Of a DNA stretch of 64,000 nt, positions 39,702 to 51,855 are shown piece after piece. The notes under the pieces are model-generated. The model saw nothing but the letters and a program-made list of their open reading frames with translations. It was not told where the DNA came from and searched no databases. The DNA lies in assembly GCF_006345805.1 (NCBI RefSeq), contig NC_043006.1, positions 11,656,001 through 11,720,000 of the forward strand, read 5' to 3'. A program made the position numbers and the translations under genes. Origin of the DNA: Octopus sinensis (taxonomy: Eukaryota). Numbering within the stretch: the first letter of the stretch is position 1; the number at the start of each line of letters is the position of its first letter.

Positions 39702-40017
39702 ATCCCGGCTAGCCTTCTCGGCGGAAAGCTCCACAATCCAACTCCGTCATCGTCATCACTACCAGATAGACATGAAAGTCACTTGGTCGTCGCCGATCGG
39801 CGATAGAGTTACGTTTTGAACTAGGCGTTGACGGCTTGCAGTGCGTCCTGAAACACAGATGATATATATATATATTATATATTATATTATATATAATATG
39901 TAATATTATATATAATATTTATAATATATATAATTATAATAATATATATATATATTATAATAATTATAAATATATTATATATAATATATATATTATATAT
40001 ATCTATATATATATATG

Positions 40018-40057
<40 letters not shown>

Positions 40058-40113
40058 TATCTTAAAAAAGGAGATGTGGAACACGAGTTGTGATATATAA
40101 AAAAGGAAATGAA

Positions 40114-40389
40114 GAAAATGCTGACAAAATAATTTAAGTAATTTAAGTAATTTAATTAGGTGAAAGTTCTTTTTACCGGTTGCGCATTTGTTATGCTTAT
40201 CAAAAGATATTTTTTTAAGAGAGAAAGAGTTCCTTCTTGATAGATAAGAGGAAAAAAATCTATCAAGAAGGAACTCTTTCTCTCTTAAAAAAATATCTTT
40301 TGATAAGCATAACAAATGCGCAACCGGCAAAAAAGAACTTTCACCTAATTAAATTACTTAAATACTTAAATTATTTTGTCAGCATTTTC
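40114..40389. repeat. Near-perfect palindrome (~132-bp arms, 12-nt spacer)
   Basis: Three differences between arms by eye. Confidence 0.95.
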
Positions 40390-40668
40390 ATTCCTTATAT
40401 TATATTCTATATAGTATATATATATATCTATATATATATATATATCTATATATATATATGCACATAAATATTTGTGTATTATATATATGAATATAAATAT
40501 ATCTATACATATAAGTATATAATTAAATAAATAATATATATATATATATAAAGTGTTATTTAAATGAATATTACAGTTATTTAGCATATATTTATCACAT
40601 ATATATTTCACAGAATCCATTTTTTGTTCTGAAACGAAACAGCTGAAATTCCCGCCGCTTGTACTTAC

Positions 40669-40800
40669 CTTTTCCGTTAAGAGAGTTAACACAAATACAG
40701 CCATACACATAGACATGCACGCATCCGCACAAACACACACATGAGCACACACTGCACATACATCTATGATGTATTAACCATAATCAACTTTTTATTATCC
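40669..40800 (-). other. Probable non-coding 5' exon of the minus-strand gene (5' boundary unknown; 40800 is a placeholder)
   Basis: Strong donor AAAG|GTAAGTAC at 40669/40668, 821 nt upstream of the acceptor at 39847. No reading frame runs through to the main CDS. Confidence 0.5.
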
Positions 40801-41110
40801 AAGTATTCTCCATCCGTAAAACTGTAAAGTGTATTTAGACACAACAGCAACAAATTCAGGTAGATTTTTTTTCTTGCATAGATTTTTAGTTTGAGGTAGT
40901 TGAGTCCCAAATCTCATCATTCCTTTCGTAGGGTTTAACAGACAATGATCTGAGGTTAAATTTTTCTAGATTTATCCTCAGGAAGATTTTAATTGAGCAA
41001 CGAAACTTATAAGTTAGAAATATTGAATTTCTAAAAATTCAATATTTCTAATTTTGGTAACCAGTGAATAAATTTCACTGAAAATATTATTTATTTGCAA
41101 AGCGGTCGCA

Positions 41111-41200
41111 GCCATCTCAGCTAGAAGGACTTACTACCCTGGACTGATGACGGGCTAGACCAGAAACATGTCTCCATGTGCTAATCCTAGCTGGCGGGGT
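41111..41200 (+). ncRNA. Minimal type I hammerhead motif with intact core and extended stem I
   Basis: TGGA CTGATGA CGG-gctaga-CCA GAAA CATG TC TCCA; palindromic stem III ACATGT; distal pairing cagctag/ctagctg. Confidence 0.7.
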
Positions 41201-42030
41201 GCTTGCCTCCCCTTTGCAAATATAAGGACTCAAGAAAGGTGTCAAAGCCGACAGGAAGCATCGATGCTTCCTAGGGCTAAATAGCGGTGGCATGATTCTC
41301 TTTACGGGACTGTCACGTTGTGTTGACAGTATACAACCACTATATGAAACTTATAAACTTATAAATAAAATACCCTTAAATTTTGTATTACTTTCAACGA
41401 TGATCAATACTACTCTTTTTAAATGTAACTTTGCAACGAGGCGGACCGCCGTTGAGAGTAAATTGATATTGAACTCAACACACCATTGGTGACAAAACAC
41501 AGACTTCTGGGTTTGTCTTTCAGCACTTCAATTGTATCAGCCATCTGCGGTTCTTTCAATGAATTATTTCTAAGAGGAAAATGAAAGTTGACATAAAAAC
41601 AATGAAGGTTATGTAACCTTCACATCCATGTGCCAAATATGAGTTGTAATCAAATTTACAAACATTGCTTCGCTTCCCCCGCCCGCCATATTTCTTTCTT
41701 TTAGTCAATTCTTTACCAATCAAGTTTTGGCTCAATTACTTCCTTTACACGAACCAAATCCAACCAATACTCGAAAAACATTGACTTAAGTAAACTTTAC
41801 GAACGTTGCTAATTTCATTAGTATAGAGTTTGTGTCTTGGACTGCTCGGAACTAACATGCTAAGATATTCTTAGCTTTGGAAATATAAAAGAAAAATAAA
41901 AGCAAAAAGAAATTAAGGAAGACATAGAAAGAGAGACAGAGAGAGTGTGAAAGACAAATAGGGGGGGAGAGAGAGAGGGAAAAGAGAAAGAGATATAGAA
42001 AGAAAGGGAGAGAGAAAGAGAGAGATTGGG

Positions 42031-42062
<32 letters not shown>

Positions 42063-42109
42063 TATATATACACATATACATATATATAATACATACTATA
42101 CATATATTA

Positions 42110-42170
<61 letters not shown>

Positions 42171-42275
42171 CATATATATATATATACATATATATATATT
42201 ATATATACATATATATAATATATATACATATACATACATATATATACATATATATATATACATACATATTATATG

Positions 42276-42312
<37 letters not shown>

Positions 42313-42384
42313 CATCATACATACATACACACATGTTTTTATGTATATATATATATATATATATAAGTACACATAAACATATTA

Positions 42385-42418
<34 letters not shown>

Positions 42419-42819
42419 ACAAAAATATTGATAATTTCTGTATGTGAGAAAATCTAATAATTTACTATGGGAATTTTTAATATGTCAGTTTGAAATTTTT
42501 TGAAAATATTCTTTTCTGCTTATTATAGATTCTCTCCAGTGTGTTGAGAAATCCAATCCAGGAATATTCACCAGGGTAGAGTTGAAATCAGTTGTCGCAG
42601 AAATAAGAAATGGCATCTCTGGTGCGAAAAGTTGATATGGCGGTTAGTATGAAATAAGGCTCGCGTTCAATATTAGGCCTGCTAGAAACGGCTTTGGTGA
42701 TATTTGAATACCGACTTTTGAGATATTTGGTATGATTCCTCTTCGATCTTTGAACAACAAAAGAATGCAGTACATATCTCTTTGAAACAGAGAATATGTG
42801 CATAGTTACTCATAAAACA

Positions 42820-43030
42820 TAGGGTGATCATAAAATCCGGATAAAAGGGAAATATCAATAACATTCTTGTTTTTTTTTCTTCCACAGATTGAATATCAGT
42901 TTGTCTAAAGAAGAAAGAATTGAATTGGTTCTAATCAGGAGACATGAAGGATGTTCATATCGACAGATGGCAGATGCTTTCAACGTACATCATCCCCATT
43001 TTACCTACCGAGACTTTACAGTCACCCTGT
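42820..43030 (+). mobile_element. Internally deleted Tc1/mariner-type element with N-terminal HTH fragment
   Basis: Ends tagggtgatcataaaatccgg / ccgagactttacagtcaccctg; peptide LSKEERIELVLIRRHEGCSYRQMADAFNVHHP. Confidence 0.65.
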
Positions 43031-43159
43031 GTAAAATCAAAGACATACACATATTATTAAATGCATAGACACATATACATGTACATATACATACATAGAT
43101 ACAATCATACATATATGCACACACACATATACACACACATGCACGCATATGTATCTTTT

Positions 43160-43545
43160 ATCTTTTACTTGTTTCGGTCACATGACTGCGGCCATGCTGG
43201 GGCACCATCCCCATCACCACTTGAAACCGGTGTTGGTGTGTTTACATCACCGTAACCTAGCAGTTCTGCAAAAGAGACCAATAGAATAAATAATAGGCTT
43301 TAAAAAGTCCTGGGATCGATTTATTCCACTGAAAACCTTTAAGGTGGTGCTCCAGCATGGCCGCAGTCAAACGATTGAAAGGTGTAAAAGAATAAAATAA
43401 TTTACATACATATACGACGGACTTCTTTCATTGTACGCCTAACAAATACACTCAGAACAATTTAGTCGGCCCAAGGCTATAGTTAAGGCTCTTGTGCTAC
43501 GCACTGGGACTGAAATCTGGACCATGTGGTTCAGAAGCAAGATTA
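43160..43545. mobile_element. Rearranged SINE A fragments in both orientations
   Basis: Minus tail, plus 3' half and minus head are juxtaposed. Confidence 0.7.
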
Positions 43546-43645
43546 TTAAGACAGACACACACACACACGCACACGTACTCATATAGGTACATATATGTGT
43601 GTGGTTTCGATGAATTCTCAGCAACTTGGTGTTTTGCGCAATATA

Positions 43646-44025
43646 GGAGCACTCCGTCGGTTACGACGATGAGGGTCCCAGCTGATACGATCAACAGAAC
43701 AGCTTGCTCGTGGAATTAACGTGCAAGTGACTGAGCATTCCACAGACACGTGTACCTTTAACGTAGTTCTCGAGGAGATTCAGCGTGACACAGAGTGTGA
43801 CAAGGCTGGCCCTTTGAAATACAGGTACAACAGAAACAGGAAGAAAGAGTGAGAGAAAGTTGTGGTGAAAGAGTACAGCAGGGATCACCACCATCCCTGC
43901 CGGAGCCTTGTGAAGCTTTAGGTGTTTTCGCTCAATAAACACTCACAATGCCCGGTCTGGGAATCGAAACCACGATCCTACGACCGCGAGTCCGCTGCCC
44001 TAACTACTGGGCCATTGCGCCTCCA
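43646..44025 (-). mobile_element. SINE family C
   Basis: 13-bp TSD tttgcgcaatata on both sides. Confidence 0.9.
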
Positions 44026-44917
44026 CTTTGCGCAATATACTACTTTCTGTGTTATTGAAGTGAATGTTGATAAAAAAAACAAGATGGGTAGTAGTGGTGT
44101 TACTGGTTCTCAGGTTTCATTAGCCAACGAAGGCAATGAGGTGGCGCTTCAGTGGCTACTGTTCGTATTTGTGAATATTTCATATTTTTGGCGTATGGTT
44201 TGAAACTTCGACGGTCAAGGTGAGAGAACTCTTGTTGAATTGAAAGATTGTTTGAAAACTGGCAAAAAAAAAAAAAATTATAAAAATAACGGCAATTTTA
44301 TAGTTTTCTACTGATCAGTGTGTGAAAGCATGTGTAACATTATGCGTATGCGCATATGTATGTTTATATGTGCATATGTGCTTATATACCTAAGTGTTTA
44401 TTATGTCTTCAGAGACATACAGAGAAACAAATATGCGGTATATTGGGCAATAAAACTGATTTGAAATGCGTGCAAAATGTTTTCAGCACGAAAGAACTTA
44501 TCGCTGTCATTGAAGCGGTTTTGCTGTTGGGGGTTGCTTCTAAATATAGACATTTTAAAAACATGAATATGAAGACAATACAATACCTTCGCAACAGCAA
44601 TGTAATAAGGAAGATATACATCGAAAACCTTTACGTACATACATCATATAACATAGTTACATATGCATACAGACATGCACACACACACACACACACATAT
44701 ATAATAGCCATATATATATGTATATACATACGTACATACACGCACACACACACACGTACATACAGAAGCATATATATACATATATATACATACAAACACA
44801 CAAATATATATACTTACATACTTACATACATATAATACACATACTACATACATATACATATATATATACATACATACATATATATACATACATATACATG
44901 TATACATACATACATAC

Positions 44918-44978
<61 letters not shown>

Positions 44979-45356
44979 GTATATATATAAACTTTAATAA
45001 ACGATTGAATTTTAAATTAGCTAACCATGAAAGGCAGTAATATTTGTTTTCGGTGCATGTCTGGAATTGAGTAGGACTATCAAGCGAAACAAGTGTGAAT
45101 ATGCATCTTGAAAGGAAGATTGTCAGTTTGTTTTAAGGTTCAAGTGTTGTCTAACACAGCATGATGAAGTGGCCGTGAATTGCAAATCGAGCGAGGAAAA
45201 GGATCTACAGCCTTGAATTGCTTACTGGGAAAGCAAAGTTTTACTACTGAGTGATACATCTTAATAAAATAAACGTTATAACTACTATAAAATGTATGTG
45301 CGCATGTGCCTATTATGCATGTACGTGTCAATTGTTAAGCATAGTATAGTGCTCTT

Positions 45357-45815
45357 GGTCTTTTCTTCTTCTTCTTCTTCTTCTTCTTCTTCTTCTTCTT
45401 CTTCTTGAGTGAGAGAGCAGTGCATGCCATCCAATTGACAGTGGAGTAAAAATATATGAAGCCCAGTTTACCCATCATGACTACCCGTCTGATAAAGGTA
45501 CAATAGGCACATGCATCACAACCATATTTGCGCGACATGGTGATCTCATATCAAGATAAAAAGAGCATGACCTTGCAGGTGGGGCCCAGTTAGAATTTTA
45601 TTCAGTTTGAGTAAACCATCCCGCTCAAAAGGTTCCTGAATAAGGATTGTTTAAGGATGATAAACAAAACGCCCATGTTTCTAGAAGTGAATTATCCACA
45701 TCCCCAAAGATTTCCTCGCAACACGTGGCTATGATGCTTCCCCACTACTTCTGCTCGTGATCAGAGATGCACATATCGTCAGTCACTAAGGGACATGCTC
45801 AACTGGTTAAGGTAT
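45357..45815 (-). mobile_element. Probable retroposon 3' end with (AAG)n tail
   Basis: (TTC)n tract at 45362-45407 abutting a higher-GC segment; family not confirmed. Confidence 0.45.
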
Positions 45816-46000
45816 AGATGAGCACGTTCTTTGTAAATCAGTATTTTTGGCCCAATGTAATATTTTCTGGGTTTTTTGAAAAGCAATTTATTGAAATAGT
45901 CACTATCGTTTATGTAAATGTGATTATTGTGATTATTTTTATTTTTGGTATTAAGGTATTAACAGTCTACAGCTGCCGTTACACAATACATGTTTGCATA

Positions 46001-46064
<64 letters not shown>

Positions 46065-46382
46065 GATGCACACACATATATATAAACACATTATACGCAC
46101 ATATATATTTGCATATGGACAGTTTTATCTTTATCTTTGAATTTATTTCACAATAAAGGTTATGCTATTTCTAATGAAACTATGTGACCATCCTGTCGGT
46201 TCATTATCTAAATTGTTATAAAAATATATTGATCTAATATAACTCTGGGTGCAGCTAGCAAGAATAATAACATAATTTTATTTTATCTCTGTTCATAAAC
46301 AACATTGGAAAACAAATAAGCATATAAGCGAACAGACATTGAAGCACACACACACTATCGAACAGTTAAATATAGAAGCTTT

Positions 46383-46424
<42 letters not shown>

Positions 46425-46509
46425 TATATCATATATATTATATATATATATATATATATAGATATATATTATATATATATATAGTATATATACTATCATA
46501 ATATCATAT

Positions 46510-46551
<42 letters not shown>

Positions 46552-47868
46552 CATATATATATATATGTGTATATATCTATATATATCGGTATATATGCAT
46601 GTAAATATAGGATGTGTTTTGTGTTTGCACGGACACAAGGATAAATGTGGGTAAATAGGTTTGAACAAGTGATAGACAAAGATATCAGCTAACAAGCTGT
46701 TATAGGAGGATAACGATTATGATAAAGAAACTGTTATAATTATATATAGTATGTGCTGCGGGAGACTACTACTACTACTTGTGTTCTGTCTACTGTACCT
46801 CTTATGTAAATCGATGGTATTTGCTTTGGTTGTATGGCGTAACACGACTGGACAGATAAAAGACCTAAGCAAAGGAGTATTAAGAGATCATTAAAGCATT
46901 TATAGTTATTTTTCGAATCTGATATCTTACCTTTAGTTTAAACCAGAAGACCATAAGTAGCCTCACTCATGTAATAAGTATGCATTTACTTTAAATTTAA
47001 GCGAATATATATATTAGAAATTCACTCGTGAATTTCATCACACACAACATGGACCAAATTTCTTCTTAAGAAAAAATATATATTCAAATAAGTAAAACAT
47101 AATATCATGAATAGCGATAGCGAAACCGGTCGATATATTAAAAATTATATTAAAACTATGTAAGTGTGCGTATTTTCCTTTTTTTTAATTTCATATATAC
47201 ATTACAACTTACCACGTGGGGATAATCGAAATTCCGCTTTTCTATATATATATATATATACAATAATTTTTGCCGATGCAGACTAATACCAGTTCCATTG
47301 GGTTTTAATTTATTCATGTTTCCTTCAAATAACATCAGTATCAATCAAACAGATTTACAGGTTAATATCAATCAAAGAGACTTACGATTAAACACATACA
47401 AATCACCCGGTAATTTCATGCTCTTGTTTACCTAACGTCACCTTATCTAATGTACCCTTCATTTTTAAGATGATAGGAATACCGCGACCATCTTGAAGAT
47501 TCTAAACATGTTCAGTTTCCAGACATTAACTTCCAATTAAATTTAGTGCTTGCAAGACGATGGGAGAATTTTCAGAATCGTTAGAGCTTCGGAGTGAAAT
47601 CTTGCGGTGTTTAGTTATGCAATTTTACATTTTAGGTTCAAGTTCCATTGAAGTTGACTTTGCATTTCATCCTCACGGAGTTTGAGGTGGATGACACATT
47701 CTAAAATAACATGGGAAGAGCTGATTAAAATTACAAGGATGCTTCTGTTCATCTCGCATTAATGCGTATAATGAATGGTGGATCTCCGTCGTTCGATAAT
47801 CAGAATTTTGTTGCTTGTTCTTAGAATAACGTATAAGTGGCTTAGTATTCTACAAACACATGTACTCG

Positions 47869-47927
47869 ACTTTATTCTTCCACTGCAATACTGTGGAATT
47901 GGTTGTTTTCATAGCGAAGCCGATTCT

Positions 47928-47989
<62 letters not shown>

Positions 47990-49034
47990 CAGATAAGTTT
48001 CTTTATTGGCCACACAGGGCTGCACACAGATGGGACAAGTTACAAGGTAGAGCTTTTCTTTTGGGGGATGAAAAAAACAAAAAAGCAAAAGAGAAAAAAA
48101 AAGGGGTGGCGTAGGTTTTCGATCAAGAGGGATCGTAAAAGGGAAGAAAAGAACAAAAAAATAATAAATAAAATAAAATAAAAAATAAAAAGAAAAAAAG
48201 AAAAGGAAAAGGAACAAAAGAAAAGAGAAATGAAAAAAGAAGAAAAAAGGGGAAAAAAGGGGAAGAGGAAAAAAAAACGATCAATAGGGATCGTGTATCA
48301 CAGTGTTATGATATATGGTGTAAAGGGGAAAGCAAGTAAGGTTTATCCGTGGGAAGAAAAGCCTACGAAAAAGACCACGGTAACCTTGGTCAATATTGTT
48401 ATATGTTACCACATTTGTTTGCAAGTGGGTAACCCTCTGTTTTCAATTTCTGGGTTCATAGGATTATGCTCAAGGTGGCTTCGTCATTCATACGTGCCAT
48501 CCTTGCTACATTCACCCATCTTTTTTTAAAACGTTCGCTAGACAAAACTTGCCTCTCTACTCTCACTTTCCTTTTCAAGTGGTACTTGAAGAAGTTGATA
48601 AGAGATTGACCAGAGAGGAAAGTGTTTGTCTCCAATCCTTTCAGACGCGTCCACCAGATACATTCTTTTGCCATAGCCACAAGGATGATGAAAATAGCTT
48701 TTCCTTCCCGTTTGAAGGAAGGAGGCGTGACAATATTGACGATAGACTCAGCTGAGATAGATAGATAGATAGATAGGTAGATGGATAGATGGATAGGTAG
48801 ATGATAGATAGATAGATACGTAGAGAGAGAGAAATCGACTGCAGTTCTTGACTGGTAAGTTGTTTTGCTGACCCCGCAAAAGATGGAAGGCAAAGTCAAC
48901 CTCACCATCTTTTGAACTCAGAACATAAAAACCGGGGGTAAAATACCGCATTAAGTTTGTCTGAGATTGTAACGATTCAGCCAAACAGCAACATTACTTT
49001 GAAAAATATCTTTGGAAATATATTTAGAAAGAAA
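47869..49034 (+). repeat. Local segmental duplication, copy 1 (LINE-filled)
   Basis: Flanks actttattcttccactgc...ccgattctga and gagagaaatc.actgcag...ttagaaagaaat match 51381-51855. Confidence 0.9.
47995..48755 (-). mobile_element. 5'-truncated Tx1/L1-type LINE (ORF2 C-terminus plus 3' UTR) inside a (GATA)n tract
   Basis: Peptide AKECIWWTRLKGL..FLSGQSLINFFKYHLKRKVRVERQVLSSERFKKRWV resembles Tx1/L1 ORF2 ends; GATA repeats abut both junctions. Confidence 0.7.
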
Positions 49035-49377
49035 TTACTGAGAACTTATATTTAATTCTGAAATAGAATTAGCGTGATACAGTGTGTAACAATACCGTTC
49101 CTTTCGGATTACAATTCACCTGTAGGGTTTTTATAGTTTCCGTGTACCCAATATCACTCACAAGGTATGAGATCATTCGAGACTGTGGAAAATGACATTT
49201 GCCCAAGATGCCCCATGATACTATCAAACCAAGGATCTCGTGACTGCGAAGTGAACTTCTGAACTGTTCAGCTTTACTTGACCTATATGGGCTAAATAAA
49301 TGGTAACGTTTGTAAAAACTACAAGCGATCCTAAACCGAGAATTAGAATGTTGATCATAGCATCAAATATCAAGTAA

Positions 49378-49774
49378 TCTATATATATAAAAGTGAGGTT
49401 GTGTGGTGTCTGTCTCCTACGATTTAGATTCCTAACTACTCCCACATTTTGCGGTGCAGTTTAACCAAAAGCAGGTATCTTATAGTCGTGATTCACATCG
49501 AGCACTTCTGGGTATTAGCGCGCGTCTACGATGAGTCTACGATTAAAAAAAAAAATTACCATCAATTTTTCCCATTTTTAATGCATTTTTTGCTATTATA
49601 TAAGGGAAGTAACTCTCTAAAAATGTATTATTAAATCTCAGAACGTAAAAAGCTACAGTAACACCCCACTTTGTGGTTAGCCATATTGAGATGGCTATTA
49701 TACTTTACATCTCTAAAAATACTTATATAGTTATTTCCCTTACAAACCCGAGCAATACCGGGCGATACTGCTAG
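49378..49774 (+). mobile_element. Non-autonomous Helitron
   Basis: A|TCTATATATATAAAA 5' end; 3' cccg..cggg hairpin followed by CTAG|T; no TSD. Confidence 0.85.
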
Positions 49775-50029
49775 TGTTATATAATATCAATAACGTTTTC
49801 GATCTTATCGAAATATCGAAAGATTGTAATTAGATAATTTAAAGCAGCTTACATTTCTTAAATACTTTTTGTACGCAAAGCAAAGAAAAAAAGAGAAATA
49901 AACTCCATAGCGATTTTATAACGGCAGGGTATATGATAAGTTCCTAAATTTGCATGATTTTTTTTCGTTTACAGATAACTAAGTGCATTATCTTGCATTG
50001 TGTTATATCTGTTGAGTATATCTTGGAAA

Positions 50030-50527
50030 TCTTTATATATAAATGTCAAGTTGTGTGTCTGTCTCCTACAATTTAGATTCCTAACTACTCCCACATTTTG
50101 CGGTGCAGTTTAACCGAAACCGGGTATCTTATAGTTGTGATTCATATCGAGCCCTTCTGGGTATTAGTGCGCGTCTACGATGAGTCTACGATTTTAAAAA
50201 TAATTTACCATAATTTTTTTCCATTTTAACGCATTTTTTCGCTATTATATAAGGGAAGTAACTCTCTAAAAATGTCTACGATGCGTCAACAATTTAAAAA
50301 AAAATTACCATCATTTTTTTTCCATTTTAACGCATTTTTTCGCTATTATATAAGGGAAGTAACTCTCTAAAAATGTCTACGATGCGTCAACAATTTAAAA
50401 AAAAATTACCATCATTTTTTTTCCATTTTTAATGCATTGTTTTGCTATATTTTGGCTATAACTCTGTAAAAATGCTTATATAGTTATTTCCCTTACAAAC
50501 CCGAGCAACGCCGGGCGATACTGCTAG
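50030..50527 (+). mobile_element. Second non-autonomous Helitron of the same family, with internal ~100-bp tandem expansion
   Basis: A|TC...CCCGAGCAACGCCGGGCGATACTGCTAG|T; about 2.6 copies of the gtctacgatg...ctaaaaat unit. Confidence 0.85.
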
Positions 50528-51380
50528 TGCTTGATAAAGATGGGGTTATTAAGAAAGAAATACAGCGTTGGTTCTTATTCTCATGAATTGTTAAAATCCT
50601 CTACGTTGTTTCCAAGAAATTTTGATTAAGACTTCTATCATCTATTCTTCAACAAAACCATTTATTTTTGGTAATGAACTCACACCTGCGACCTCATTCA
50701 TTTTTACCTGATGATTTGACAATCAATTTTCGCACAGTGGAGGAAAATGTTACAGGAGTATAACCTCTAGAATTGGTAGGCTAGTGTTTGCTTGTATAGG
50801 CGTGAATTGAATAAGAAATAAACACAATTGTATGTTAGACTGTCATAAGATGATGAAGTATTGATTAACATTCCGGATAAAGCCTTTGTCATTTCTTCTC
50901 AGACAAAGAACCTTATTCCCAACGTTACTTTCTATTTCTCACACGACAAATCAACATACTACCTCTTTTGTTCAGGAAAAATTAATTTCTTTAACTAGCA
51001 ACTAAGCCAATTTTTCTAGAGGAAAAATATTAGTCGATGAAATCAATTGCCATATATTATTACAAATAATTGCTTTTCTCACCCTAAAATATCAAAAGCA
51101 ATGTGGAACTCAGCAAGAATAAAATCATTATCAGAACAAGGACAACCAATTTAGCATACAGCTAAAATGTCTTGGCTTTCGTTGTACTAGGAACAAAGCC
51201 AACTCTTTTTTCAAGGGTGGAGTATATATTAAATCAACATCAATATATATTTAATTACCCAACCCTAAATATAAAGAAAATATATACAGCTGATTTATTC
51301 CGAAAATATAAAGTACAACAACTAATTTTAGTACAACAAATAATTCTCATTATGTGTCATACTCTATCAAAAGTTTGGCG

Positions 51381-51478
51381 ACTTTATTCTTCCACTGCAA
51401 TACTGTGGAATTGGTTGTTTTCATAGCGAAGCCGATTCTGAGAGATAGATAGATAGATAGATAGACTGACAGACAGAC

Positions 51479-51517
<39 letters not shown>

Positions 51518-51557
51518 GAGAGAGATAGGTCGATAGATAGATAGATAGATAGACAGG

Positions 51558-51632
<75 letters not shown>

Positions 51633-51855
51633 GTAGATAGAGAGAGAGAAATCTACTGCAGTTCTTGACTGGTAAGTTGTTTTGCTGACTCCAGAAAAGA
51701 TGGAAGGCAAAGTCAACCTCACCATCTTTTGAACTCAGAACATAAAAAACCGGGCGTAAAATACCGTATTAATTTTGTGCTGAGATTGTAACGATTCAGC
51801 CAATCAGCAACATTACTTTGAAAAAATATCTTTGGAAATATATTTAGAAAGAAAT
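51381..51855 (+). repeat. Local segmental duplication, copy 2 (empty site, uninterrupted GATA tract)
   Basis: Same flanks as 47869-49034 without the LINE. Confidence 0.9.

Noticed and set aside
39725-39758. Rescuing exon 39847-39641 by a 34-nt GT-AG intron or by A-to-I editing of stops
   Set aside because: 34 nt is below usual spliceosomal intron size, and each frame has several stops to remove.
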